Assembly (NCBI GenBank): GCA_965224085.1
Contig: CBDCYI010000009.1
Span: 192,001 to 256,000 of the forward strand
Reading direction: 5' to 3'
Origin: Candidatus Marinacidobacterales bacterium
Lineage (GTDB): Bacteria; Acidobacteriota; Vicinamibacteria; Marinacidobacterales; SMYC01
Length of the DNA: 64,000 nt
Below are positions 17,581 through 27,580 of the stretch, in pieces. The notes under the pieces were generated by a model. The model did not search any database. It was not told where the DNA came from and worked only from the letters and a program-made list of their open reading frames with translations. Position numbers and translations under genes: made by a program. How positions within the stretch are numbered: position 1 is the first letter of the stretch; the number at the start of each line of letters is the position of its first letter.

Positions 17581-19961
17581 TGGGCGCGCAGGCGTGCCAC
17601 GATCTTGTCGCGGGCTTTCGCTACGTCTCTGTCCGTCAGCGTTCGATCGAAAGCTTGATAGGATATGGAGATCGCGAGCGATTTCCGCCCTTCGGGAACT
17701 TGCGAGCCGACATATTCGTCGAAGACGTGCGCGCTTGCGACGAGCGGATGACCTTCGATTTCCGTGAGAACCGAGGCGGCCGGCTCGTTGCGGTCGACGA
17801 CCACCGCGAGGTCTTCCACTACCGCCGGATATCTCGACAACGCCTGCATCGTAGTGACTGGCGGAACATGGTCGAGGAGGTCGGCGAACCGAACCTCGAA
17901 GAGATAGACGTTTTTTTCGAGGCCGAACTCCTTTGCCGTCCGCGGATGTACCTGACCGACTACGCCAACCTCTTTGCCGGATACTTCAATCCGGGCGGTG
18001 CGCCCGGACAGAAGACCGTAATCCTCGTAGGCGGAAAAGCTCGCCGCGACACTCAGCCGCTCGAAGAGACGAGCAGCATAGGCTTTCGCGTCGTAGAAGT
18101 CGAGCTCCTCTTCCGTTTTACTACCGAATCGGTCGAGCCGACTCCCGGTCACGACGCCGACAATCTGCTCCTCCTCGTTGGGGAGAGCGTCCGAGCTCGG
18201 CGTGTAGACGCGGGCCGCCTCGAAGAGTGCTACGCGCTGATTCGTCACGCGCAAATTGCGGGCGAGCGTCTCGAGCAGTGACGCGCGTAGCGACGTACGC
18301 ATCCGTTCCTGACCGACGTTCAGAGGGTTGATGACCGCGAGAGGTGGCGATTTTTCGAGCGCTTTCGCCTCGACGACGCGCCCGAGAACCGCGAGACTCG
18401 TGAGCGGATAGGTGATGACTTCCTGCATCCCGGCACCCACTAGAATGTCGCGTGCGCGCTCGCGGAGCTCGCGTGTCGGTTGCGGGATTCCGGGAGGGAC
18501 CCGGCCCGCGAGCGGGGCCGCCGGGATCATCTCGTATCCGACCATGCGAGCGACTTCCTCGACAACGTCGTCCGGCCCCAGGACGTCCCGCCGCCAATAG
18601 GGCACGCCGATTTCGAACCGCTCTGTTTTGCATTCCACGGAAAAGCCGAGCGCCTCGAGCGCGCTGACGATCTCCCCTTCCGAAGGGTCGATGCCGAGTA
18701 CCTGAGGTATGCGCTTGCGCGCGAGCGAGACATGCGCCGGCGCGGAGATAACGGGATAGGCGTCTACGAGACCTTCGCCTGCCTTGCCGCTCGCCAGCTC
18801 GACGAGAAACTTCGTCACCCGCCGCGACGCCATGGGCGCGAGCTCCGGCGCGATGCCCCACGCAAAGCGACGTGAGGCTTCACTCGGAAGCTTCAACGCC
18901 ATCGCCGTGCGCCGAATGTTCACGGGGTTGAAGTTCGCCACCTCGAGAAGGATCGTTTTGGTCTTGTCGGTGACTTCGGTAGCGAGGCCGCCCATGACGC
19001 CCGCTACGGCGATAGCGCCGGTCGGATCTGTGATCAGGAGCTGCTCGGAGGTGAACACACGCTCCTTACCGTCGAGCGTCGTTAGCTTCTCGCCATCTTT
19101 CGCCCGGCGCACGATGATGTGATGCTCGGCGACCGTGTCGTAGTCGAAAGCGTGAATGGGCTGGCCGAGCTCGAGCATCACGTAGTTTGTAATGTCGACC
19201 ACGTTATTGATGGGACGCATCCCGGCACCGAGAAGCGTCTCCTGCATCCACGCCGGTGACGGTCCAATTTTGACGTCTTCGATGATCGCCAGCGTGAAGC
19301 GACCGCACAAATCGGGGTCGTGAATGTCGACGCGTGCGCGCCCCACGACCGGCTCCCCCGACGCCTCGAACTCGAAATCCGGCTCGCGCAGGGTTTCTCC
19401 GGTAAGCGCGGCCACGTCCCGCGCCACGCCCACGACCGAGAGCCCGTCGGCACGGTTCGGCTTCATGTCGATATCGAGCACGGTGTCACCGAGCACTTCC
19501 GCGAGGGGTTTACCGCGCTCGGCAATCGCGCTGGTGACGACAAGGATGCCTTCATGCTCATCGGAAAGGCCGAGCTCGCGTTCCGAGCAGACCATCCCCC
19601 GCGACACGACGCCTCGAATCTTGGCTTTCTTGAGCTTTTTCTTCTCGCCGGTACGGGCGTCGATGAGCCGGGCGCCGAGCTTCGCATAAGCGATGTACTG
19701 CCCTTTCGCGATGTTGGGCGCGCCGCACACGACTTCGAAGGTGTCGTCGCCCCCGATATCCACCGTCACGAGGGTTAAACGGTCGGCGTCGGGGTGCTTC
19801 TGGACGTCGACAACGTGCCCGATGACCACATCTTCCCAATCGCTGCCGGTACGCTCGATGCCCGTCACTTCGAGACCCGCCATCGTCAGACGTTGAGCCA
19901 CTTCTTTCACGGGAAGCGTCACCGTGACGTATGAACGCAACCATTTGATGGGTACGCGCAT
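17556..19961 (-). CDS. pheT: phenylalanine--tRNA ligase beta subunit
   Basis: HPDADRL, VVCGAPN, PNRAD, VDITNYVMLELGQPIHAFD, DVVEEVAR, and the FDX-ACB C-terminus GRKSLA..RTLTD. Confidence 0.97.
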   Translation of the reverse strand: MRVPIKWLRSYVTVTLPVKEVAQRLTMAGLEVTGIERTGSDWEDVVIGHVVDVQKHPDADRLTLVTVDIGGDDTFEVVCGAPNIAKGQYIAYAKLGARLIDARTGEKKKLKKAKIRGVVSRGMVCSERELGLSDEHEGILVVTSAIAERGKPLAEVLGDTVLDIDMKPNRADGLSVVGVARDVAALTGETLREPDFEFEASGEPVVGRARVDIHDPDLCGRFTLAIIEDVKIGPSPAWMQETLLGAGMRPINNVVDITNYVMLELGQPIHAFDYDTVAEHHIIVRRAKDGEKLTTLDGKERVFTSEQLLITDPTGAIAVAGVMGGLATEVTDKTKTILLEVANFNPVNIRRTAMALKLPSEASRRFAWGIAPELAPMASRRVTKFLVELASGKAGEGLVDAYPVISAPAHVSLARKRIPQVLGIDPSEGEIVSALEALGFSVECKTERFEIGVPYWRRDVLGPDDVVEEVARMVGYEMIPAAPLAGRVPPGIPQPTRELRERARDILVGAGMQEVITYPLTSLAVLGRVVEAKALEKSPPLAVINPLNVGQERMRTSLRASLLETLARNLRVTNQRVALFEAARVYTPSSDALPNEEEQIVGVVTGSRLDRFGSKTEEELDFYDAKAYAARLFERLSVAASFSAYEDYGLLSGRTARIEVSGKEVGVVGQVHPRTAKEFGLEKNVYLFEVRFADLLDHVPPVTTMQALSRYPAVVEDLAVVVDRNEPAASVLTEIEGHPLVASAHVFDEYVGSQVPEGRKSLAISISYQAFDRTLTDRDVAKARDKIVARLRAHCAAELRS

Positions 19962-19965
19962 GAGC

Positions 19966-21033
19966 TCAGAATTGCCTCAGAAAACGAAGGTCGTTCTCGT
20001 AGAAGTGGCGAATATCGTCGACACCGTAGCGCAGCATGGCGATGCGCTCGACGCCTAGCCCCGCTGCAAAACCGGTATAGATGTCGGGGTCGTAGCCCAT
20101 GTTCGCGAGAATCTCTGGGTGAACCATGCCCGCGCCGAGAATCTCGACCCAACCTTCTTTCTTGCACGTGCGGCAACCTTGGCCGCCGCAAAGAAAGCAG
20201 TCGATCGCCATGTCTACGCCCGGCTCGACGAAGCGAAAGAAGTCGCAGCGGAAACGGACTTTTCGATCGCGACCGAAGAGGCGCTTGGCGAGCTCGTAGA
20301 GCGTGCCTTTGAGATGCGCGAGCGTCAGGCCCTCGTCCACCGCAAGCACTTCGGTTTGAGTAATCATCCACTCGTGGCTTGGGTCCGTCGCTTCGTTCCG
20401 ATAGGTTCGCCCCGGACAAATTATCCGGATCGGCGGGTCGTTGTTCTCCATGAAGCGGATCTGGTTCGGCGAGGTGTGCGTGCGCAGAAGAAGCTTCGAA
20501 TCCGCGTCATCGCTCCGATCGATGTAGAACGTGTCCATGAGTTCTCGTGCCGGATGATCCTCCGGGATGCGGAGAGCTTCGAAGTTGTAGTAGTCGAGCT
20601 CGACTTCGGGCCCTTCGATGACCGAAAAGCCTTGACCGACGAAAGCGTCCACGATGTCGCGCTGGGTCTGCGTAACGGGATGGAGCCGCCCTTCGGGAAG
20701 CGGCCGGGAGGGAAGCGTCACGTCGATGCGGCCCACGGTCTCAGTCTCCTCTATGCGCGCGCGCCCGAGCACCTCCCGCTTCTCCTCGAGCGCTTGTTCG
20801 AGCTCCGTCTTCAGCAAGTTGGCCGCACCCCCGGCTTCTTTTCGCTCTTCCTGGCCAATCTTCCCGAGCGAGCGCAGCACCGACATCAGCGGGCTCTTTC
20901 TTCCCATGACGGCGACGCGCCACGTCTCGAGCTCGGCTTCGTTGTGCACCTCGACGAGGCCGTCAAGAGCCCGGGCTCGGATCTCTTCAATCGTTGTCAA
21001 AAGGCTCATCGTCTCCTGTTCCTGACGCAGCAA
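19966..21033 (-). CDS. pheS: phenylalanine--tRNA ligase alpha subunit
   Basis: GRLHP, NFEALRIPEDHPAR, LLRTHTSPNQ, WVEILGAGMVHP, GLGVERIAMLRYG. Confidence 0.97.
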   Translation of the reverse strand: MLRQEQETMSLLTTIEEIRARALDGLVEVHNEAELETWRVAVMGRKSPLMSVLRSLGKIGQEERKEAGGAANLLKTELEQALEEKREVLGRARIEETETVGRIDVTLPSRPLPEGRLHPVTQTQRDIVDAFVGQGFSVIEGPEVELDYYNFEALRIPEDHPARELMDTFYIDRSDDADSKLLLRTHTSPNQIRFMENNDPPIRIICPGRTYRNEATDPSHEWMITQTEVLAVDEGLTLAHLKGTLYELAKRLFGRDRKVRFRCDFFRFVEPGVDMAIDCFLCGGQGCRTCKKEGWVEILGAGMVHPEILANMGYDPDIYTGFAAGLGVERIAMLRYGVDDIRHFYENDLRFLRQF

Positions 21034-21119
21034 ACCTGTTAGTCTATCGCGAATTTCCGCCCTCTCGCACCTACGGACTTCAATCGCGTACGAGCTCGGC
21101 CGGAGAACGAGGAATCAGA

Positions 21120-22013
21120 ATGAAAAAGGCGCTGACGGGTATCCATATCCTGGTCTTGCTGGCTTCCACGAACGCAACCTGGGCGCAAAGCAAGGTCTAC
21201 ATCTCCGCTGATATGGAAGGGGTGACCGGCGCCGTCACCGGTGAGCAGCTCGGCCCTTCGGGCTTCGAGTATCAGAGGTTTCGAGAGTTCATGACCCAAG
21301 AAGTGCTCGCGGCGATCCGAGGTGCTCGCGCCGCGGGCGCCACCGAGTTTCTCGTGAGCGACTCGCACGGAAACGGTCAGAACTTGCTCATCGACCGGTT
21401 TCCGAAGGACGTGCAGCTCGTGAGGTCCTGGCCGCGTCCCCTCGGCATGATGGGAGGCCTGGACGAGAGCTTCGATGCCGCGATCTTCATCGGCTATCAC
21501 ACTTCGACGGCCAACTCGAGAGGCGTACGCGCCCATACGTTCTCGAGCGCGACGTTGACCGACGTCCGGCTGAACGGAACATCCGTCTCGGAAGCGGGCT
21601 TCAACGCTGCGATCGCGGGTCATTTCGGCGTTCCGATCGCGATGGTCTCGGGCGACGACGCCATCGTCGAAGAGACCCGTGCTTATGTCGGCGATGTCGA
21701 AGGTGCCATCGTCAAGTGGGCGAAGAGCTTTCACTCGGCCCGCACCCTCACGCCGGAGGCGGGCTACGAGGTCATCGAGGCGGCCGCACGCCGGGCGATC
21801 GAGCGCGTCGGCGAGCTCGAGCCCTTTCGCCTGGCCGGCGACATCGAGCTCGAGATCAGCTTCAAGAACTATCGGCAGGCCGAGATTCTTTCCTATCTGT
21901 CATCTGTAGAACGTATCGATTCTCACAGCATCCGCTACGTCGCCAAGGATATGGTCGAGGCTTCCATGTTCGCTCAGTTTCTCAACAACTATCGGCCCGG
22001 GCTCTCGCCGTAG
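21120..22013 (+). CDS. D-aminopeptidase DppA (peptidase M55), with signal peptide
   Basis: YISADMEG, VSDSHG, FIGYH, AHT, MVSGDD. Confidence 0.92.
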   Translation: MKKALTGIHILVLLASTNATWAQSKVYISADMEGVTGAVTGEQLGPSGFEYQRFREFMTQEVLAAIRGARAAGATEFLVSDSHGNGQNLLIDRFPKDVQLVRSWPRPLGMMGGLDESFDAAIFIGYHTSTANSRGVRAHTFSSATLTDVRLNGTSVSEAGFNAAIAGHFGVPIAMVSGDDAIVEETRAYVGDVEGAIVKWAKSFHSARTLTPEAGYEVIEAAARRAIERVGELEPFRLAGDIELEISFKNYRQAEILSYLSSVERIDSHSIRYVAKDMVEASMFAQFLNNYRPGLSP

Positions 22014-22038
22014 GGATGATCGCAGGCTCGCCGTAGCG

Positions 22039-22467
22039 ATGGTTGCAGGCTATTCGGGGACACCCCTTCCGAAAAAGCTCGGAATCCGGGAAAACACGCG
22101 CGTCGGCTGCCGCGGGGCACCGAAAGGTTTCGCTGCGACCCTCGGGCCGCTCCCGCCCGGAGCAAGGCTTGCTCCATCGAGAGCCGGCGCAGGCGACAAC
22201 ATCCTGCTACTATTTGCGCCGGATCAGCGAAGTCTCGACGAAGCTCTGCCTGATATGCTTTCCTGGATGGCGCCCGAAACAGCTTTATGGATTTGTTGGC
22301 CGAAGAAGACCTCGCCCCTCGCGTCCGATATCACAGGGGACAGCGTTCGCAATGCGGGTCTCGCGGCAGGCGTCGTGGACATCAAAGTCTGCGCCGTCGA
22401 CGAGAATTGGTCCGGGCTCAAATTCGTCGTGCGCCTTGAAGACCGGCCGTCGGCCCGAAAAAAGTGA
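22039..22467 (+). CDS. DUF3052 family protein
   Basis: AGYSGTPLPKKLGI, LWICWPKK, VDIKVCAVDENWSGLKFV. Confidence 0.85.
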   Translation: MVAGYSGTPLPKKLGIRENTRVGCRGAPKGFAATLGPLPPGARLAPSRAGAGDNILLLFAPDQRSLDEALPDMLSWMAPETALWICWPKKTSPLASDITGDSVRNAGLAAGVVDIKVCAVDENWSGLKFVVRLEDRPSARKK

Positions 22468-22516
22468 CCTCTTTGGGTAAGAAGCGCGCATAAAGGCAAG
22501 GTAGGCTTTCGACAAC

Positions 22517-23758
22517 ATGGCACGTAAATCCCTCTTCTTCACGTTCTGCCTCTTGGCAAGCACGGTGAGCGCGCAATACCGAACGCGAACGGAAGCGATC
22601 GAAGCGCAGCGCCGCGACCATCAAGCGCGGCTTTGGCCCGAGCGCGAGTCCCCCCTCGTCGAAGCCGTCAACGATCTCGTCGAGCGCGGACTCTATGACG
22701 GCGCCCGCTCCGGTAAGGGTGCCAACGGACCCCAGTTCGTTCTCGGCGGTATGCGTTCCGGGCAAGGCTTTAGTTTCGGCGTCGGTTACCGACGCACGGA
22801 CTTTTGGCAAGAACGCCTGGGAATACGCGGCACGGCGCGCATCACCCCGCAGTTGGCCTACATGTTCGACGCCGAAGTCGACTTTCAAAGCCTCGAGACC
22901 GAGCGTCTGTTCGTCGATTTTTATACCAAGTACGAATACTCTCCCCAGATGGACTTCTATGGCCAAGGGGGCGACTCAAGCCTCGAGAATCTTTCTAGCT
23001 ATCTGTACGAGGATCTCGCCGCCGATTTTCGAGTCGGATACAACATCAGCGATTGGCTCAGCGTCGGCGGAACGATTGGAGTCCTGGACGTCCATACGGG
23101 ATCGGGCAAACGGAGCGGCGTTCCGTCTCTCGAGGAAATATTCACACCGGACGATGCGCCGGGCTTCGGCATGGACACTTGGTACTCGCGCTGGGGCGGC
23201 TTCATCGAAGTCGACTACCGCGACCTCCCGGGGGGGCCGCGCTCCGGCGGATTCTACTCGACGACGCTTCGCCAATACGAGGACGTAGGTCTCGACACTT
23301 TCAACTTCACGCAGATGGTGTTCGAGATCCAGCAATACATTCCTTACTTCAACAAGAATCGCGTTATTGCGTTCCGGGTCCGCGCCGAGATCACTTCCGA
23401 GGACGAAGGTAGCCAAGTCATCCCCTTCTACTTGCAGCCGAAGCTCGGCGGCAACGATAACCTCCGAGGCTTTCAGCGCTATCGCTTTTACGACAACCAG
23501 ACGATCATCGCGTCGGTCGAGCATCGCTGGTATGCATCTTCGGTGCTCGACATGGCCATCTTCGCGGACGTTGGAAAAGTAGCCCCTCTTTTGAGGGACG
23601 TGGATTTCAGCGAGCTCGAATGGAGCGCCGGCATCGGTTTTCGCTTCAAAGTGCAGGACGCCTACGTTATGCGCATCGACTTCGCCGCCGGCCGCGAAGG
23701 CTTCCGCTGGATGTGGACGTTCAGCGACATTTTCAAGACCAGATGGGGAATCTATTGA
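22517..23758 (+). CDS. Omp85/BamA-TamA family outer-membrane beta-barrel without POTRA domains
   Basis: Signal peptide, LGGNDNLRGFQRYRFYD, FADVGKV, alternating beta strands, aromatic C-terminus. Confidence 0.85.
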   Translation: MARKSLFFTFCLLASTVSAQYRTRTEAIEAQRRDHQARLWPERESPLVEAVNDLVERGLYDGARSGKGANGPQFVLGGMRSGQGFSFGVGYRRTDFWQERLGIRGTARITPQLAYMFDAEVDFQSLETERLFVDFYTKYEYSPQMDFYGQGGDSSLENLSSYLYEDLAADFRVGYNISDWLSVGGTIGVLDVHTGSGKRSGVPSLEEIFTPDDAPGFGMDTWYSRWGGFIEVDYRDLPGGPRSGGFYSTTLRQYEDVGLDTFNFTQMVFEIQQYIPYFNKNRVIAFRVRAEITSEDEGSQVIPFYLQPKLGGNDNLRGFQRYRFYDNQTIIASVEHRWYASSVLDMAIFADVGKVAPLLRDVDFSELEWSAGIGFRFKVQDAYVMRIDFAAGREGFRWMWTFSDIFKTRWGIY

Positions 23759-25080
23759 TGCTGTCGCCGTTGAAGCTCGGGTGCGTGCTCGTCGCGCTCG
23801 CCGTTTTCGCCGGGCCGGCCGATGCCCAAAAGTTCTACCCGGATGACCCGCTCGAGAAAGAACCGCCGCTCTGGCCAACAATCGATCCCCAAACACGCGC
23901 GCTCAGCGACATCCTCGAGCTGTTCAACCACACTTTCGGAGAGCCGGGCGAGCGCCATCCTGAAGGAGGGGTCATCCCCGCAGGCGGCGTCAACACCTTG
24001 GGTGAAGTCATGGACGGCGCATGGTTCGAGAACCGCCATGCGCGCAACCGCTTCAGCGTCGATGGTCTAAAACGTGGCCCGGGCGACGACCGCCCACCCA
24101 CGACAGACGCTAGATGGCGTGTCCTCACGCTCAAGAAATTCGGTTTCCGGCCGGGCATCCTCATCGCCGACTCGACGAATCAGCTCTACCTTCTTCGATT
24201 CGACCCCGAAGGTTGGCTCGAGATGGCTACGGGCGCCGACGTCGTCTCGTCCAAGATCCTCTACGCGCTCGGCTATTTTGTCCCAGAGAACTACATCGTA
24301 TATCTCGAACGGGAACAGCTCGCGCTCGCGGATGGTGCCGAGAGCATCACGAGCAGCGGCGGCACCCGGGACATCATCGAGCAGGACATCGACAACTTTC
24401 TTCTCGACGTGGCGCGGGACCCGGAACGCGGCTACCGTGCCGTGGCCACCCGGATCCCCGGCTCGTGGGAAGGCCTCCTCGGACCCTATCAAGTTTTCGG
24501 AACGAGGAGCGACGATCCGAACGACATCGTGCCTCACGAGCACCGTCGTGATTTACGAGGCCTCTTCGTCTTCTCGTCGTGGATCCAACACCACCGCATG
24601 GGCGCGGTCTACACGCTCGACGCTCTCGTTATGCAAGAGGACATCCGCGCTCTCGTGAGCACAGGCCAATACAGCGACCCCGCGGCGCAAGCTTGGATCG
24701 TCAAAAGCCTCATCGAGAGGCGCAACCGGATTGGCGCTACATACTTCGCTAAAGTGCTCCCTCTCGACCAGTTCGAGATTGAAAACGGCGAGCTTCATTT
24801 CGAGGATTTGGCCGTCAAATATGGATTCAGTGGCCCTCGCCCATACAAGTTTCAGTGGAGCCGTTTCGACAATCAAGCCGAGACCCATCGGCTCGTGGGC
24901 GTCCCCGGTACCGATGCCCAGATCCCGCCCCTATCGAGCGCCGCCGAAGACGGACCGTATCTCTCGGTTCAAATCACTGCCGGCGAACAGGATAAGTCTG
25001 TCCGCGTTTACTTCCGCAAAGAGAGCGACAGCCTGACGATCGTCGGCGTCGATCGCGACTGGCCCGGAAAGGTTCTGGCG
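23758..25080 (+). CDS. conserved secreted protein, possibly kinase-like fold; internally deleted and C-terminally fused (ORF runs to 25515)
   Basis: Signal peptide, QKFYPDDPL, VNTLGEV, EMATGADV..ALGYFVPENY, HEHRRDLRGL; ATG overlaps the Omp85 stop. Confidence 0.6.
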
Positions 25081-25437
25081 GATGCGCATTTCGACGTCGC
25101 CATGGGTGAAGCGCGTGCCCATGGCGAGCGCTTGGACTGCGGTCTCGCGGGGACCGGCGACGTCGCGGCCTTCGCGCTCTGCGCGCTCGATGGCGTTTCC
25201 AAGCTCGATCAGAAGCTCGATGGCAACCTCAGCGCGCGCGGTCGACTGCGCGTCGATGACGAGCCGCTCTTCGCCCGCGGCTTCGCCGTAGCGGATCGCG
25301 AGCGCCTCGAGCTCCGCGACGCGATCGCTGAGCTCGGCCGCCAGGACTTCCGGCTCCCCGAGCGCTGGTGGTTGCGCGAACAGCACCGATGGAAAAGCGA
25401 CAATTGCTGCGAGGTAAAGCAACGTGAGATAACGCAT
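25080..25437 (-). pseudogene. N-terminal part of a secreted or membrane coiled-coil protein, truncated
   Basis: MRYLTLLYLAAIVAFPSVLFAQ signal peptide and a helical segment; the frame runs head-on into the + strand gene with no normal end. Confidence 0.5.
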
Positions 25438-25575
25438 CAGTTCTTCGAGTTTGTCGCGGTACCACTCGGGATGGTGCGACGCTGCCCAGCCCAGCCGCAC
25501 AGATCCTTTGAGTGACCGGTCGCAATGTGAATCAAATCACTGCGCTTGCCGAACGTCAAGCCATTCGTGCGGAGC

Positions 25576-25884
25576 CTACTCGATCTCTTTCAACCGTTCC
25601 TCGAACTCTTGCGCCATCCCTTCGTGGTGATGGGCCAAGGACGCCTCAGCACCTTCGCGGAGGGCCCAGCGGGCTTCTTTCTTCTTGTCGAGCCCGAGAT
25701 AGGCGTCCGCGAGAATGCGATAGGCCGCGCCCTCGTCTTCCACCGCGTTCAGATAAGCGTTCAGCTCATCGACGGCTTCAGCAAGCTGACCGTCCCTGTA
25801 GAGCTCATTCGCGAGCATGTAGCGGGTCATGGCGTCGTCGGGAGTTTTCGCCAATAGGTTTCTGAGAGCGTCGATGCGAGACAT
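25576..25884 (-). CDS. small TPR protein
   Basis: MSRIDALRNLLAKTPDDAMTRYMLANE..AAYRILADAY; start overlaps the upstream stop. Confidence 0.8.
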   Translation of the reverse strand: MSRIDALRNLLAKTPDDAMTRYMLANELYRDGQLAEAVDELNAYLNAVEDEGAAYRILADAYLGLDKKKEARWALREGAEASLAHHHEGMAQEFEERLKEIE

Positions 25885-26567
25885 TAGACCTCCGAGATGA
25901 ACTTCAACACGGTCGCGGCCACCTCTACTTCCACTTCCTTCGGGGTGCGCCCGTACCTCTTGGGCACTTTGAATCCGTGGTCCGCACCTTCGAGCAAGTG
26001 CAGCTTGGCTCTGGTCTGCGTAACCAGCGGCTCCAGCAGATCGAGGGTGGCGAAAGCATCTCGCGTCCCGCTTACGAAGAGCATCGGAACTTTTATCTTG
26101 GGTAGATGGTCTTTTCGAAGCCGGTCGGGTTTTCCCGGTGGATGCAGCGGGTACGCAAGAAAGAATATGCCATCGCACGGATAACCCTCGGCGACGAGGT
26201 AGGACGCCATGCGGCCTCCCATCGAGCGGCCGGCAAGAAAGAGCCTCTTCGGTTTCAGCTCGCGGCGCATCGCGTCGGCCACCGTGCGCCAGGCGGCGAT
26301 GAGCTTGGGCTGTTTATCTGGGCCACCTCTTCCCTTTTCCGCATAGAGAAAATTGAAGCGGACCGCGGTGACGCCTCCCGCAACGAGAGCGTCTTGAAGG
26401 GCAACGATGGAAGGTGTGTCCATATAGCCGCCGGCGCCGTGCGCGATAATGACCGTGGCTTTCGAGCGCGTGGGCTTCTTGACCGACACCGAGATTTCTC
26501 CGAGTGCGGATCCGTCCTCCGCCGTCACTTGGAGACGGTGCCTCTTGTCTTCAAGAAATGGGGTCAA
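25884..26567 (-). CDS. alpha/beta hydrolase (KANL3/Tex30, dienelactone hydrolase-like)
   Basis: AHGAG, GRSMGGR, YPLHPPGK, GTRD, GADH. Confidence 0.9.
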   Translation of the reverse strand: MTPFLEDKRHRLQVTAEDGSALGEISVSVKKPTRSKATVIIAHGAGGYMDTPSIVALQDALVAGGVTAVRFNFLYAEKGRGGPDKQPKLIAAWRTVADAMRRELKPKRLFLAGRSMGGRMASYLVAEGYPCDGIFFLAYPLHPPGKPDRLRKDHLPKIKVPMLFVSGTRDAFATLDLLEPLVTQTRAKLHLLEGADHGFKVPKRYGRTPKEVEVEVAATVLKFISEV

Positions 26568-26580
26568 TGGTCAGAAGCCT

Positions 26581-27501
26581 TCAAAGAATGCGGCGCCCGA
26601 AGGCCGAGGCGAGCATCTCTACAGCGACCTCGGCGGTTTGGTTGCGGACATCGAGTATCGGATTGACCTCCGCGACTTCCATCGAGACCATGTGGCCGGT
26701 CTCCGCAATCATTTCCATCATCGTGTGGGTCTCGCGGTACGAGACGCCGCCGGGCACGGCCGTGCCGACCCCGGGTGCTATGGAGGGGTCCATCCCGTCG
26801 ACGTCGAAACTGATGTGAATGCCGTCCGTCCCGCGTCCCGCAATGTGGAGGGCCTCTTCGGCAATGTCGTAAATTCCTCGACGATCGATTTGATCCATCG
26901 TGAACACCCGAAGCCCAATATCTTTCAGGATCTCTTTCTCGAGACGATCGATGCTCCGCGCGCCGATGATGGCGGAGCAGGCCGGGTCGAGCTTCGACTC
27001 CCCTTCCGCGAAGCCGCCGATCGCCACGAGCTCGGCCGCGCCACGGCCGAAGGCCACCGCTTGGGGCATGCCGTGGATATTCCCCGAGGGGGTGGACTCC
27101 GGGGTATTGGCGTCCCCGTGCGCGTCGAACCAAATCATGCCGAGCTTCTTATTGGCCTTCTTGAAATGACCTGCGACACCCCCGATAGTTCCAATCGCGA
27201 TGGAGTGGTCGCCCCCTAGAACGAGCGGGATTTCTCCGAGCTCGAGCATAGACGCTACGCGCGCCGCCAGGTCCGTCATCGTGGCTTGAATGAGCGGAAG
27301 ATATTTGAGCTTGGGGTCGCGGATCTTGTGGGATTCGGGCTCTTCGCAGTCGATATTGCCGTCGTCGACCACATCGTAGCCGAGATCGCGAAGCGCTTGA
27401 CGGATCCCGGCTTTGCGGATCGCCGACGGCCCCATATCTACGCCGCGACGGCCTGCGCCCAGATCCACGCGCACCCCGAGGATACGCACCTTCTTGGTCA
27501 C
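26581..27501 (-). CDS. rocF: arginase
   Basis: RRGVDMGP, GGDHS, WFDAHGD, SGNIHGMP, SFDVDGMDP, EVNP. Confidence 0.95.
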   Translation of the reverse strand: MTKKVRILGVRVDLGAGRRGVDMGPSAIRKAGIRQALRDLGYDVVDDGNIDCEEPESHKIRDPKLKYLPLIQATMTDLAARVASMLELGEIPLVLGGDHSIAIGTIGGVAGHFKKANKKLGMIWFDAHGDANTPESTPSGNIHGMPQAVAFGRGAAELVAIGGFAEGESKLDPACSAIIGARSIDRLEKEILKDIGLRVFTMDQIDRRGIYDIAEEALHIAGRGTDGIHISFDVDGMDPSIAPGVGTAVPGGVSYRETHTMMEMIAETGHMVSMEVAEVNPILDVRNQTAEVAVEMLASAFGRRIL

Positions 27502-27580
27502 GCGCGAAAGTCTAACACGAGCTTCGTGCTATTCTGACCTCTGCGCCCATCCGGAGATTGTATTGAAACTTTCGAACTGC

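Noticed and set aside
20119-21042. Long antisense ORFs (e.g. 20119..21042, 22976..23896, 39758..40624, 49156..49941, 53221..54006)
   Set aside because: These are shadow frames of well-supported genes, expected in GC-rich DNA, with no family motifs.
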